The translations under genes and the position numbers were made by a program. The notes under the pieces were generated by a model, which saw only the letters and a list, made by a program, of their open reading frames with translations, searched no databases and had not been told where the DNA came from. A stretch of 32,198 nucleotides of DNA, taken from NCBI GenBank assembly GCA_943788915.1, contig CALSSD010000001.1:62001-94198 (forward strand), written 5' to 3'. Positions within the stretch are counted from its first letter, which is position 1. Each line of letters begins with the position of its first letter. Origin of the DNA: an uncultured Acidimicrobiales bacterium. Lineage in GTDB: Bacteria > Actinomycetota > Acidimicrobiia > Acidimicrobiales > UBA10347. This document shows, piece by piece, positions 8,730 through 16,111 of the stretch.

Positions 8730-9650
8730 ATGCAGTTGGCACACGCCATCGACGCCTGGGTAGATGCCCACGGACGCGGTCTGTCCGTGTCCACCCAGCG
8801 CGACATCCAAAGAATTCGTGCCGCTGTGATCGAGGTCGGCTGGCAGGGACTTCCGTGCGACCAGGTCGACCGCGAGGTCCGCGAAGATATCATCGAAGTG
8901 GCGACACAAACCGGAACCCTCGGCGGTTCGGCGATTAGTGAGTTCTTCAACGTTGTCCTGCAATGGGCGGCGACCCAACTCGACACCGGACCATCAGCCG
9001 ACGACGATCTCGGCTCCAGCGGCGCGTTCGGCGACGAGTCCGAGCCCACCGGCTGGGAGGATCTCGACGACGACGATGAGTCCGACGAGCCCGAGCCCAC
9101 CGGCTGGGAAGATCTCGACGACGATGAGTCCGACGAGCCCGAGCCCACCGGCTGGGAAGATCTCGACGACGATGAGTCCGACGAGCCCGACTCCACCGGC
9201 TGGGAAGATCTCGACGACGAGCCCGACGACGACCAGACCCACCACGATGACGACGAGCCCGACGACGACCAGTCCCACGACGATGACACGAAGACGGACC
9301 ATGAACCTGAGGACTGGGTCGGTTATCTGAGCACCGCCCAAGACGGCGACGGCTTCACTGGCTTGGCACCAGAGAATGAAACTGCAGACGAGGGCGTGCA
9401 AGAGAAGGCTGCAGCAAGCTCATTCTTTAAAGCCCTTGGTTCTTCACCGCCTGTCGACGAGGACGACGAACCGGTCCTCGTCATCGAGAACGAAGCGGCC
9501 ACCAAGGACGCAACCGGAATCTTCAGTGCAGCTGCCGAACAGGTCCCACAAAACCGAACCTCGGGCATCGACTGGATCACCGTTGCGTACTTCGCGGTAG
9601 CCGCAATCTGCTTTGCACTGGTGATCTACTTCTACCTGACGTCGAGCTAG
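8730..9650 (+). CDS. Hypothetical highly acidic repeat protein with a C-terminal transmembrane anchor
   Basis: An RBS GAGGAG precedes ATG 8730. The middle is Asp/Glu-rich and the C-terminus is the hydrophobic helix WITVAYFAVAAICFALVIYFYL. Confidence 0.75.
   Translation: MQLAHAIDAWVDAHGRGLSVSTQRDIQRIRAAVIEVGWQGLPCDQVDREVREDIIEVATQTGTLGGSAISEFFNVVLQWAATQLDTGPSADDDLGSSGAFGDESEPTGWEDLDDDDESDEPEPTGWEDLDDDESDEPEPTGWEDLDDDESDEPDSTGWEDLDDEPDDDQTHHDDDEPDDDQSHDDDTKTDHEPEDWVGYLSTAQDGDGFTGLAPENETADEGVQEKAAASSFFKALGSSPPVDEDDEPVLVIENEAATKDATGIFSAAAEQVPQNRTSGIDWITVAYFAVAAICFALVIYFYLTSS
9033..9287 (+). repeat. Coding tandem repeats: 4 x ~48 bp (EPEPTGWEDLDDDESD) followed by 2 x ~33 bp (DDEPDDDQxH)
   Basis: Near-identical GAGCCCACCGGCTGGGA(A/G)GATCTCGACGACGA units are visible in the DNA. 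Confidence 0.9.
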
Positions 9651-9709
9651 GTCTAGCCGCACAGAACGGTGGCCCCTCGCCATCACGGTTCTGAGGACTT
9701 CGAAGCCTG

Positions 9710-10960
9710 CTATTGGGCTCCGGAACAAATCCCATCTTGGCCCTTGGTGGCCAGGATCCGTGCTGCCCGGTTATCGACAATCGCTGCAAACAACGGATCC
9801 TCATCGGCCCGCATCACCAGATGGTTCAGCGCGGGCGTCACATCAGCCAGCGATCCAAGGATGGCAATATCCGCGCCAGCAACGATCGATTGCTCGAGTG
9901 CATCAAGCAGGCCGTACGTATTGATGATGGCCCCCATGTTCATCGCATCGGTAAAGACCAGCCCGCCGAAACCCAGCTCGTCTCGCAAGAGACCAGTAAT
10001 TGTTTCGGGCGACAAACTCGTCGGCAGGTCGCCGCTCAGGCCAGGCACCGAAAGGTGGCCGATCATCACGCCAGCCTGTTCTCGGAATATCGGATCCATC
10101 AAGATCTCGACGTACGGCACAAGATCCGATGATCGAAGGTCGGCGAGCGAAGGTGTTGTAGGTAACTCAAGATGCGAGTCGGCGGTTGCACTGCCGTGAC
10201 CAGGGAAATGTTTGAACACCGGCGTGATCCCGGCTTCGACCAACCCGTCGGCCACCGCACGTCCGTAGCTCGCCACAACCTGTGGGTCATCGCTGAACGA
10301 CCGGCTTTCGATGCCGGGGCCCGCTCCGACATCGAGCACAGGACCAAACACGACATCGATACCAAGCGCGCGCACACGCGAGCCGTATTCGACCCATTGT
10401 TTCCTGGTGTCTTCGGGCGACTTTGATTGCGCAGTCTGAGCGGCTGACGGGATCGGCCCGAGCAGTCTCGCTAGTCGCTGGACAGAACCACCCTCTTCAT
10501 CAGAAGCCACGAGTAGCGGCACGAATGAGGCCAGTTGCAACGCAGTCAGATCGGCTGCGATCTCGTCGTTCGGTTCACCAAGCAGACCAATACCGCCTAA
10601 CTCCCCGTTGGCTGCGAACGCCTGAGCGCCAAACAGTTCGGCTTGTGTAACGAGAGGAAGGAGTAGTTGTGCAACCCGCTCGCGTCGCCCGAGGCAGCTG
10701 AGAGAACTAGGTGTTGGCAACGGGATTGGGGTTGAGAACACTTCGACAACTTGGGGCACTGCAGTTGACGCGTCGACGCCTGGCTGGGTTGCAGCCAGAT
10801 CTGGTGTGGGATCCATTGCAGGCAGGAGCTCGGCCATCGGCGTGATTGCCGGTGTCGTCACGGCGTCGTCAGCAGTGGTGAGGCCACAGCCGGTTGCTAG
10901 CAGCAGCAACGCAGAGGCGGTCACCCAGAACTTGGCGACGCGAAGGTCAGAAATCGGCAC
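9710..10960 (-). CDS. nagZ: Glycoside hydrolase family 3 beta-N-acetylhexosaminidase, lipoprotein
   Basis: It has the lipobox LLLATGC, SDEEGGSVQR, the NagZ signature KHFPGHGSATADSH and FTDAMNMGAI. Confidence 0.88.
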   Translation of the reverse strand: MPISDLRVAKFWVTASALLLLATGCGLTTADDAVTTPAITPMAELLPAMDPTPDLAATQPGVDASTAVPQVVEVFSTPIPLPTPSSLSCLGRRERVAQLLLPLVTQAELFGAQAFAANGELGGIGLLGEPNDEIAADLTALQLASFVPLLVASDEEGGSVQRLARLLGPIPSAAQTAQSKSPEDTRKQWVEYGSRVRALGIDVVFGPVLDVGAGPGIESRSFSDDPQVVASYGRAVADGLVEAGITPVFKHFPGHGSATADSHLELPTTPSLADLRSSDLVPYVEILMDPIFREQAGVMIGHLSVPGLSGDLPTSLSPETITGLLRDELGFGGLVFTDAMNMGAIINTYGLLDALEQSIVAGADIAILGSLADVTPALNHLVMRADEDPLFAAIVDNRAARILATKGQDGICSGAQ

Positions 10961-11066
10961 ATCGGAAGGCTAGGGGGCGCAACCGGGCAGAGACACGCAC
11001 CCCAGGAGGGAACACACCCCAACGACGCGCCCCAAAACGAGTGGCCCTATGACCTACCGTTAGGCG

Positions 11067-11801
11067 GTGCCATGGTTTTCGCTCTCACCCTTGCGTCGGA
11101 TCACTCATGTAGTTGCTGCCATACTCACCGTTGCCGTTCTTGCGGCAGCTTGTGGTGGCAGCGATGAAGCCGAAACAGCCGAGGACGCTACCGACACGTC
11201 CATCGAAGCCGCTACCGAAGGGCCCGAGCCCACACCGACCGATGTTGCCGTCGTGACCAGCACACCGCTCCCGACAGCAACGCCGCTCCCGACGTCGACC
11301 CCCGAGCCACTCGAGGCACCAACCCCGTCGGCTGTGCTGTTGACCACCGCATTCACGAACTCATCACAGGTCACCACGGTGGGCATCGACGAAGTGTTCT
11401 TCGGCATGACCCCTGAGGAAGCGGCCGAAGCTGCCTCCACCGCGTGGGTCGAAATTCCGTCGGGCAATGGGCAGTGTTACCGGGTCACGCCCGCCAACGG
11501 ACCCGACCGTTTGGAGTTGTGGATCGTCGATGGTTTCGTTGAGCGGCTCGACATCGAACATCCCGATATTCGAACTCGATCAAAACTTGGCGTCGGCAAC
11601 ACCATCGCTGAGCTGCGCAGCCAATTGGGTGACCGCCTAACCGTCGAGACCACCGGCGACGGCGGCCAGGTCGCCACCTTCACGCCAAGCGATGCTGGCG
11701 ACGATGAATTCCGGCTGATCTTCGAACTCGAAGACGACCAGGTCGTGCGCTACCGCAGCGGCCGCATCGGCATCATCCAGCGGGCACCCGAGAGCTGCTG
11801 A
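11067..11801 (+). CDS. Hypothetical lipoprotein with a Pro/Thr linker
   Basis: It has the lipobox LAAAC, a PT-rich linker and a globular C-terminal domain. A TACCGT -10 box lies 6 nt before the GTG. Confidence 0.8.
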   Translation: MPWFSLSPLRRITHVVAAILTVAVLAAACGGSDEAETAEDATDTSIEAATEGPEPTPTDVAVVTSTPLPTATPLPTSTPEPLEAPTPSAVLLTTAFTNSSQVTTVGIDEVFFGMTPEEAAEAASTAWVEIPSGNGQCYRVTPANGPDRLELWIVDGFVERLDIEHPDIRTRSKLGVGNTIAELRSQLGDRLTVETTGDGGQVATFTPSDAGDDEFRLIFELEDDQVVRYRSGRIGIIQRAPESC

Positions 11802-11807
11802 TCAGAA

Positions 11808-12353
11808 TCAATCAGCTGGGTCGGGTGGGGCGTCCCATGGCAGCACGAGTTCCATCGAATAACGATGATCGGCCACGGTGTGGACCACCCGCCCACCCGT
11901 TGGTCCCCCAGCCAGCGCACCCAGATCTGGAGCGTGGGCGTCTCGGCGCAGGTGCATAACGACAAGTTCGCTCGGCCGGCCTAACACCTCGATGGCCGCA
12001 TCGTCGAAGTGGGGTCGCACTGCCCGTAGCCAGTCCGCTGTCTCGCCCGTCTGGTGTTGTGCTGGCATGGCTTGGAGCTGTCGCCACGTCTTCTTCGGTT
12101 TGCCCCCGTGGACCCGCAGACCGGTTCGGCGCAGCGAACGCACAATCTCGCGTGAGTCCACGAGCTGGGCTATCTCGCATGCCGCTGGCCACAAAACATC
12201 AGGAACGTCGTAGTGATCCCGGCCAAACGCCACCCACCGCAGGTTGAGCGCACGTCCGGCGGCATGCAACTCTTCCAGGCTTTGATCGCTGATCATGTGC
12301 GCCCACAACATGCCCCGCCACTCCCATCGTGGTGTGTCGATGAACAGGCTCAT
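11808..12353 (-). CDS. DUF4031-domain protein with a C-terminal extension
   Basis: MSLFIDTPRW..RGMLWAHMISDQSLEELHA..FGRDHYDVP matches the DUF4031 pattern. A GGAGG RBS lies upstream of ATG 12353. Confidence 0.8.
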   Translation of the reverse strand: MSLFIDTPRWEWRGMLWAHMISDQSLEELHAAGRALNLRWVAFGRDHYDVPDVLWPAACEIAQLVDSREIVRSLRRTGLRVHGGKPKKTWRQLQAMPAQHQTGETADWLRAVRPHFDDAAIEVLGRPSELVVMHLRRDAHAPDLGALAGGPTGGRVVHTVADHRYSMELVLPWDAPPDPAD

Positions 12354-12400
12354 GGGCAATGCCTCCGAGTCGTACCAAAGCCGTGGCACACTGCATAACG

Positions 12401-12754
12401 GTGACGACAAACGCCATACGAGTCCAGCTGCCCGGTGGGGCAATGTACGCGCCTGCGTTCCATGAAGCGGCCTCGAAGACCGGAGCCCGCAGCGGCTTGC
12501 CGGCAAAACACACCACTGCGCTGACGCAGATGATTGGCGCAGCTGTTGCTGTGCTGCACAGTGGCGACGCAACCACGGTCACCTTGGAAATGGTGGTTCA
12601 CGATGACTCGATCTCGGCCAAGCTGACGGGCAAGGGATGCACCTCGCCGACCAAACGACTGGTGAAGGACCTCACGACCTTGGCCGCCAAGAAGGCGTCG
12701 TCGTTCGAGACCTCCAACACCTCGACCGCGCTCATCATTTCTTTCGACGTCTGA
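12401..12754 (+). CDS. Small hypothetical protein (possibly a degenerate RsbW/HATPase-like fold)
   Basis: The ORF has coding-like codon usage and fills the gap between DUF4031 and dut. The fold assignment is weak inference. Confidence 0.6.
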   Translation: MTTNAIRVQLPGGAMYAPAFHEAASKTGARSGLPAKHTTALTQMIGAAVAVLHSGDATTVTLEMVVHDDSISAKLTGKGCTSPTKRLVKDLTTLAAKKASSFETSNTSTALIISFDV

Positions 12755-12768
12755 CGGCCAGACCGCAA

Positions 12769-13209
12769 CTACGCGGTCCCGGTTGAACCGAAGCCGCCGA
12801 GACCGCGTTCGGAATCAGGCAGATTCTGCACTTCTTCAAAGTTGACTTCTTCGTATGCTTGAATGACGAGTTGCGCGATCCGTTCACCCCGCACCACCTC
12901 GAAGTCCGTCGTTGGATCGGTATTGATCAGCAACACCTTGAGTTCACCTCGGTAGCCGCTATCGATCAGACCGGGCGTGTTCAACACGGTCACGCCGTGT
13001 TTGTACGCCAAACCACTGCGAGGTTGGATGAAGCCCGCATACCCATCAGGAATGGCGATCGAGATACCCGTAGGCACGAGGGCTCGGCCGCCACCCGCAG
13101 CGATGGTCACGTTGGCGGATGCTCGCAAATCGACACCTGCATCACCAGGAGTGGCATGGGCGGGCAGTTCAAGATCTGCGTCGGCTCGGACAACAGGAAT
13201 ATTCAGCAC
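12769..13209 (-). CDS. dut: dUTP diphosphatase
   Basis: All five motifs are present: AGVDL, PRSGLA, GLIDSGYRGE, GERIAQL and RGLGGFGSTG. Confidence 0.97.
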   Translation of the reverse strand: MLNIPVVRADADLELPAHATPGDAGVDLRASANVTIAAGGGRALVPTGISIAIPDGYAGFIQPRSGLAYKHGVTVLNTPGLIDSGYRGELKVLLINTDPTTDFEVVRGERIAQLVIQAYEEVNFEEVQNLPDSERGLGGFGSTGTA

Positions 13210-13287
13210 CCGTGCATCCTACGTTTCTGACCGTCGGGGCTATCTGCATTTCTGTATCACAGCGATGCCCGGATACGGTTGCGGGCG

Positions 13288-13848
13288 ATGCTCGCATGGA
13301 TGGATCTTGAGATGACTGGCCTCGACCCGTCTCAACATGTAATCGTTGAGATTGCGACGTTGCTCACCGATGACGATCTCAATCTGATCGCCGAAGGCCC
13401 CGAACTGATCGTGCATGCCACGGCCGACGAGTTGGCCCGCATGGACGACTTCGTCACCAACATGCACACCAAGAGTGGGCTGCTCGACCAAATCAAGGCA
13501 TCGACCGTTTCGCTCGAGGAAGCCACCAACCAGACCTTGGCCTTTCTCCAGGAGCACATTCCTGAAGCGCGGACCGTGCCGTTGTGCGGCAACTCGATCG
13601 GCACTGACCGTCGATTCTTGGCCATCTATATGCCCGAGATCGAAGAATTCCTGCACTATCGATCGGTCGATGTGTCGACTATCAAGGAACTCGCTCGCCG
13701 CTGGTACCCCGACGCTATGACATCGGTGCCCTCCAAAGACGGCGGACACCGGGCTCTCGACGACATCCGAGAGAGCTTGAAAGAACTCGAATATTGGCGC
13801 GGTGCGGTATTCGCCGATGCGCCAGCCGCCGAAGAAAGCACCGACTAG
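13288..13848 (+). CDS. orn: Oligoribonuclease
   Basis: Motifs are WMDLEMTGLD, MHTKSGL, LCGNSIGTDRRFL, HYRSVDVSTIKELARRWYP and HRALDDIRES. Confidence 0.97.
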   Translation: MLAWMDLEMTGLDPSQHVIVEIATLLTDDDLNLIAEGPELIVHATADELARMDDFVTNMHTKSGLLDQIKASTVSLEEATNQTLAFLQEHIPEARTVPLCGNSIGTDRRFLAIYMPEIEEFLHYRSVDVSTIKELARRWYPDAMTSVPSKDGGHRALDDIRESLKELEYWRGAVFADAPAAEESTD

Positions 13849-13854
13849 GACACG

Positions 13855-14934
13855 ATGAGTCAACCTACGGACACCCGGCCCGAGCGCTCCGAGAAGCGCC
13901 CAGCCACCGACGAGATCACCGAACTCGCTCCTGGCGTGCTGCGAAGCCAACTCCCGGTGCAGCTCCCTGGCCTTGGTCATGTGAACTGTTACATGCTCCA
14001 AGATGGCGATGGTGTTGCACTCGTCGACCCTGGGCTTCCTGGCGAACAAGCCTGGCAGGCCCTCGTCGATCGGCTCAAACGAGCCGATTACAGCGTTGGC
14101 GACGTGCACACCGTGATCGTTACCCACTCGCACTACGACCATTACGGGGGCGCCGAACGCCTGCGTGAAGAAGCCGGCGCTCGGATCGTGGGCCATCGCG
14201 ATCTGTTTAACAGCATGGCTCCACCCGACATCGACGACGATGCCGAGTTCATCGACATGGACGGCGAAATCAAAATCGGTCGAGGCGAAACCGGATTTGG
14301 GCGAGTCACCCCGTGGGGAACGTGGTCCGAGCCACCGACAGAGGTCGTCGAACATTGGCAGAAGCTTGGGATCGGCGTTGGCAACGACTTCCCCCACGCA
14401 CCCCGGCCCGACCTCGCTCTCGGCGATGCAGATCAGATCATGCTCGCTGGACGCCCGTGGGTTGCTGTGCACACACCTGGCCACACTGCCGACCATCTGT
14501 GTCTCTACGACGCCGAGAACGGCCTGATGCTCACTGGTGACCATGTGTTGCCTACCATCACGCCCCACATCAGCGGTTTCGCCGATGGCGAGGCACCACT
14601 CAAGAAGTTCATGGATTCGCTGCAACGGATGCACGATTACAGCGATGTCACGCTGGCTATGCCTGCCCATGGTGATCCGTTCACGGATCTCACCGGCCGT
14701 GCCGACCACATCTGTGGCCATCACCTCGAACGGCTCGACGAGTTCCGCGCCGCAGCTGCTGAGCTCGAAACCGCCAACGTGAACGCGTACATGAAGCACG
14801 CGTTCAAGGAACGTTCCTGGGGCAGCATGGCTGAATCAGAGACCTACGCCCACCTGGATCACCTGCGCGATCATGGTGAACTCGACACCACCTGGGTAAA
14901 TGGCCTCCTGCACTTCACCCAACCAGGCTTGTAA
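13855..14934 (+). CDS. MBL-fold metallo-hydrolase
   Basis: Motifs are THSHYDHYGG (HxHxDH), TPGHTADH, TGDHVLP and PAHG. Confidence 0.9.
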   Translation: MSQPTDTRPERSEKRPATDEITELAPGVLRSQLPVQLPGLGHVNCYMLQDGDGVALVDPGLPGEQAWQALVDRLKRADYSVGDVHTVIVTHSHYDHYGGAERLREEAGARIVGHRDLFNSMAPPDIDDDAEFIDMDGEIKIGRGETGFGRVTPWGTWSEPPTEVVEHWQKLGIGVGNDFPHAPRPDLALGDADQIMLAGRPWVAVHTPGHTADHLCLYDAENGLMLTGDHVLPTITPHISGFADGEAPLKKFMDSLQRMHDYSDVTLAMPAHGDPFTDLTGRADHICGHHLERLDEFRAAAAELETANVNAYMKHAFKERSWGSMAESETYAHLDHLRDHGELDTTWVNGLLHFTQPGL

Positions 14935-14949
14935 TTCTTCTGTCACATA

Positions 14950-14978
14950 AACGAACCGGTGCCTGGCACCGGTTCGTT
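14950..14978. repeat. Perfect 29-bp palindrome (terminator or REP-like) after the MBL gene
   Basis: AACGAACCGGTGCC-T-GGCACCGGTTCGTT has perfect 14-bp arms. Confidence 0.75.
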
Positions 14979-15087
14979 AGTCACAACTCCCGATCGCTGC
15001 AATGGCGTGGTTTGGCGCGCTCTGCTGTCGGACCACTCGGCCCATAGTTGTGTGTGGCGGAACGATGACAAACGCCGTATCTGCGCT

Positions 15088-15123
15088 TAATCATTTGACA
15101 GACCGCGACAAACCTTGTTCTCT
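15088..15123 (+). promoter_or_regulatory. Candidate whiB7 leader promoter: -35 TTGACA with an AT-rich element directly upstream
   Basis: TTAATCAT precedes TTGACA (15095..15100), resembling the layout of WhiB7-dependent promoters. The -10 at 17-nt spacing (TTCTCT) is non-canonical. Confidence 0.45.
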
Positions 15124-15153
15124 TGTACTCGTCCCCCACCCGAGGAGTCTTTG

Positions 15154-15384
15154 ATGATGCATCAACTTCGTGTTTACAGCCAGCGTGTGAACGCTTCTGC
15201 TGCGCGCGTCGTCGACTCTGCGTCGGCTCTGCGCGGGAATCTCGGACTCGCTACCGCTGGTACGACCACCACCTTTGGCACTTTTGGCACCTTTGCGTGG
15301 AATGCCATGCCGTCGGTACACGCCCCCGCCATTTGCACCCACGGCAAGCGATATGAACGGCGGCCTCAGGAGATGCTCACGTAA
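15154..15384 (+). CDS. whiB7/wblC leader peptide (uORF), 76 aa
   Basis: A strong RBS GAGGAG at 15142..15147 precedes ATGATG. The ORF MMHQLRVYSQ..YERRPQEMLT* ends 24 nt before the terminator stem. Confidence 0.75.
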   Translation: MMHQLRVYSQRVNASAARVVDSASALRGNLGLATAGTTTTFGTFGTFAWNAMPSVHAPAICTHGKRYERRPQEMLT

Positions 15385-15418
15385 CAACGTGTAGCAATCG
15401 AAACTCTTGAAGCCGCCG
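15358..15418 (+). promoter_or_regulatory. Antiterminator hairpin of the whiB7 attenuator
   Basis: CGGCGGCCTCAGGAG (15358..15372) pairs with CTCTTGAAGCCGCCG (15404..15418) over 15 positions with 1 mismatch and 1 G-U. The inner stem TGCT-CACGT/ACGTG-T-AGCA closes a loop at the uORF stop codon. Confidence 0.75.
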
Positions 15419-15446
15419 GACTGAGTCCGGCGGCTTTCTTCATTTT
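15409..15446 (+). terminator. Rho-independent terminator (attenuator) upstream of whiB7
   Basis: AAGCCGCCGGAC-TGA-GTCCGGCGGCTT forms a 12-bp stem followed by TCTTCATTTT. Confidence 0.88.
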
Positions 15447-15499
15447 GTCCTTACTCACAACTGACTATTCACATAGAGACCAGAACCAAGAGACACGTC

Positions 15500-15853
15500 A
15501 TGTTTACGACGATCCCAGACAACCAAACCACCGGCCAAGAGGCGTGGCGAACCCAGGCTCGATGCGCAAGCGGCGACGGCACGTTGGCCGCCACGTTCTT
15601 CAGCGAGGAACTCCAGGACATTGCGGCCGCGAAACGCATCTGCGCTGAGTGCCCAGTCATGGCTGACTGTCTCGAGGATGCCCTCGAGCGTTACGAGCCA
15701 TACGGCGTGTGGGGCGGCCAGCTATTCCTGAACGGCAAGGTTCTCACGAACAAGCGCCGTCGGGGCCGCCCACCAAAGGTTGCTCGACCCGAGGATGACT
15801 TTCCACTCATCCCCGTGCCCGAGCGGCTGGTGTCACTCCTACGCACTGCATAG
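15500..15853 (+). CDS. whiB7: WhiB-family transcription regulator, WhiB7/WblC clade
   Basis: It has four Cys (C..CAEC..C), EPYGVWGG (cf. WhiB7 EPWGVWGG) and a C-terminal AT-hook KRRRGRPPK, with an upstream uORF and terminator. Confidence 0.9.
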   Translation: MFTTIPDNQTTGQEAWRTQARCASGDGTLAATFFSEELQDIAAAKRICAECPVMADCLEDALERYEPYGVWGGQLFLNGKVLTNKRRRGRPPKVARPEDDFPLIPVPERLVSLLRTA

Positions 15854-15867
15854 CCAGAAGCACCTCC

Positions 15868-15901
15868 GAAAAGTTACTTCCCCAGGGGAACATAACTTTT
15901 C
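15868..15901. repeat. 34-bp REP-like palindrome, copy 2
   Basis: GAAAAGTTACTTCCCCAGGGGAACATAACTTTTC is 31/34 identical to 1865..1898. Confidence 0.85.
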
Positions 15902-16004
15902 ACAAACCAGAAACCGTGCGTCGCAGGACTCGGGGTCGAAGTGCCGCTTAGACGAGCTTCGACCAATGATGGGCTTCTCCGGACGACAGCCAGAGCAAAC
16001 GAGG

Positions 16005-16045
16005 GAGCCCCGGCCAGATCATCTGGCCGGGGCTCTGTTGCGTTT
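16005..16045. terminator. Probable bidirectional terminator between whiB7 and ccdA
   Basis: GAGCCCCGGCCAGAT-C-ATCTGGCCGGGGCTC has perfect 15-bp arms with T-containing tails on both strands. Confidence 0.75.
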
Positions 16046-16111
16046 GAGATCTCGTGCGCTCGTTGCCCTGACGAGGCGGCTAGACAGGTAGGCAGTTAGG
16101 AAGTCAGGCAG

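Noticed and set aside
9033..9287. Regularly spaced repeats resembling a CRISPR array
   Set aside because: The units are contiguous, in frame and lack unique spacers, and no cas genes are present. This is a coding VNTR.
13240..14799. 519-aa minus-strand ORF, plus other long antisense ORFs (3401..4375, 19351..20298, 26701..27717)
   Set aside because: These are shadow ORFs opposite well-supported genes, expected in GC-rich DNA, and have no recognisable motifs.
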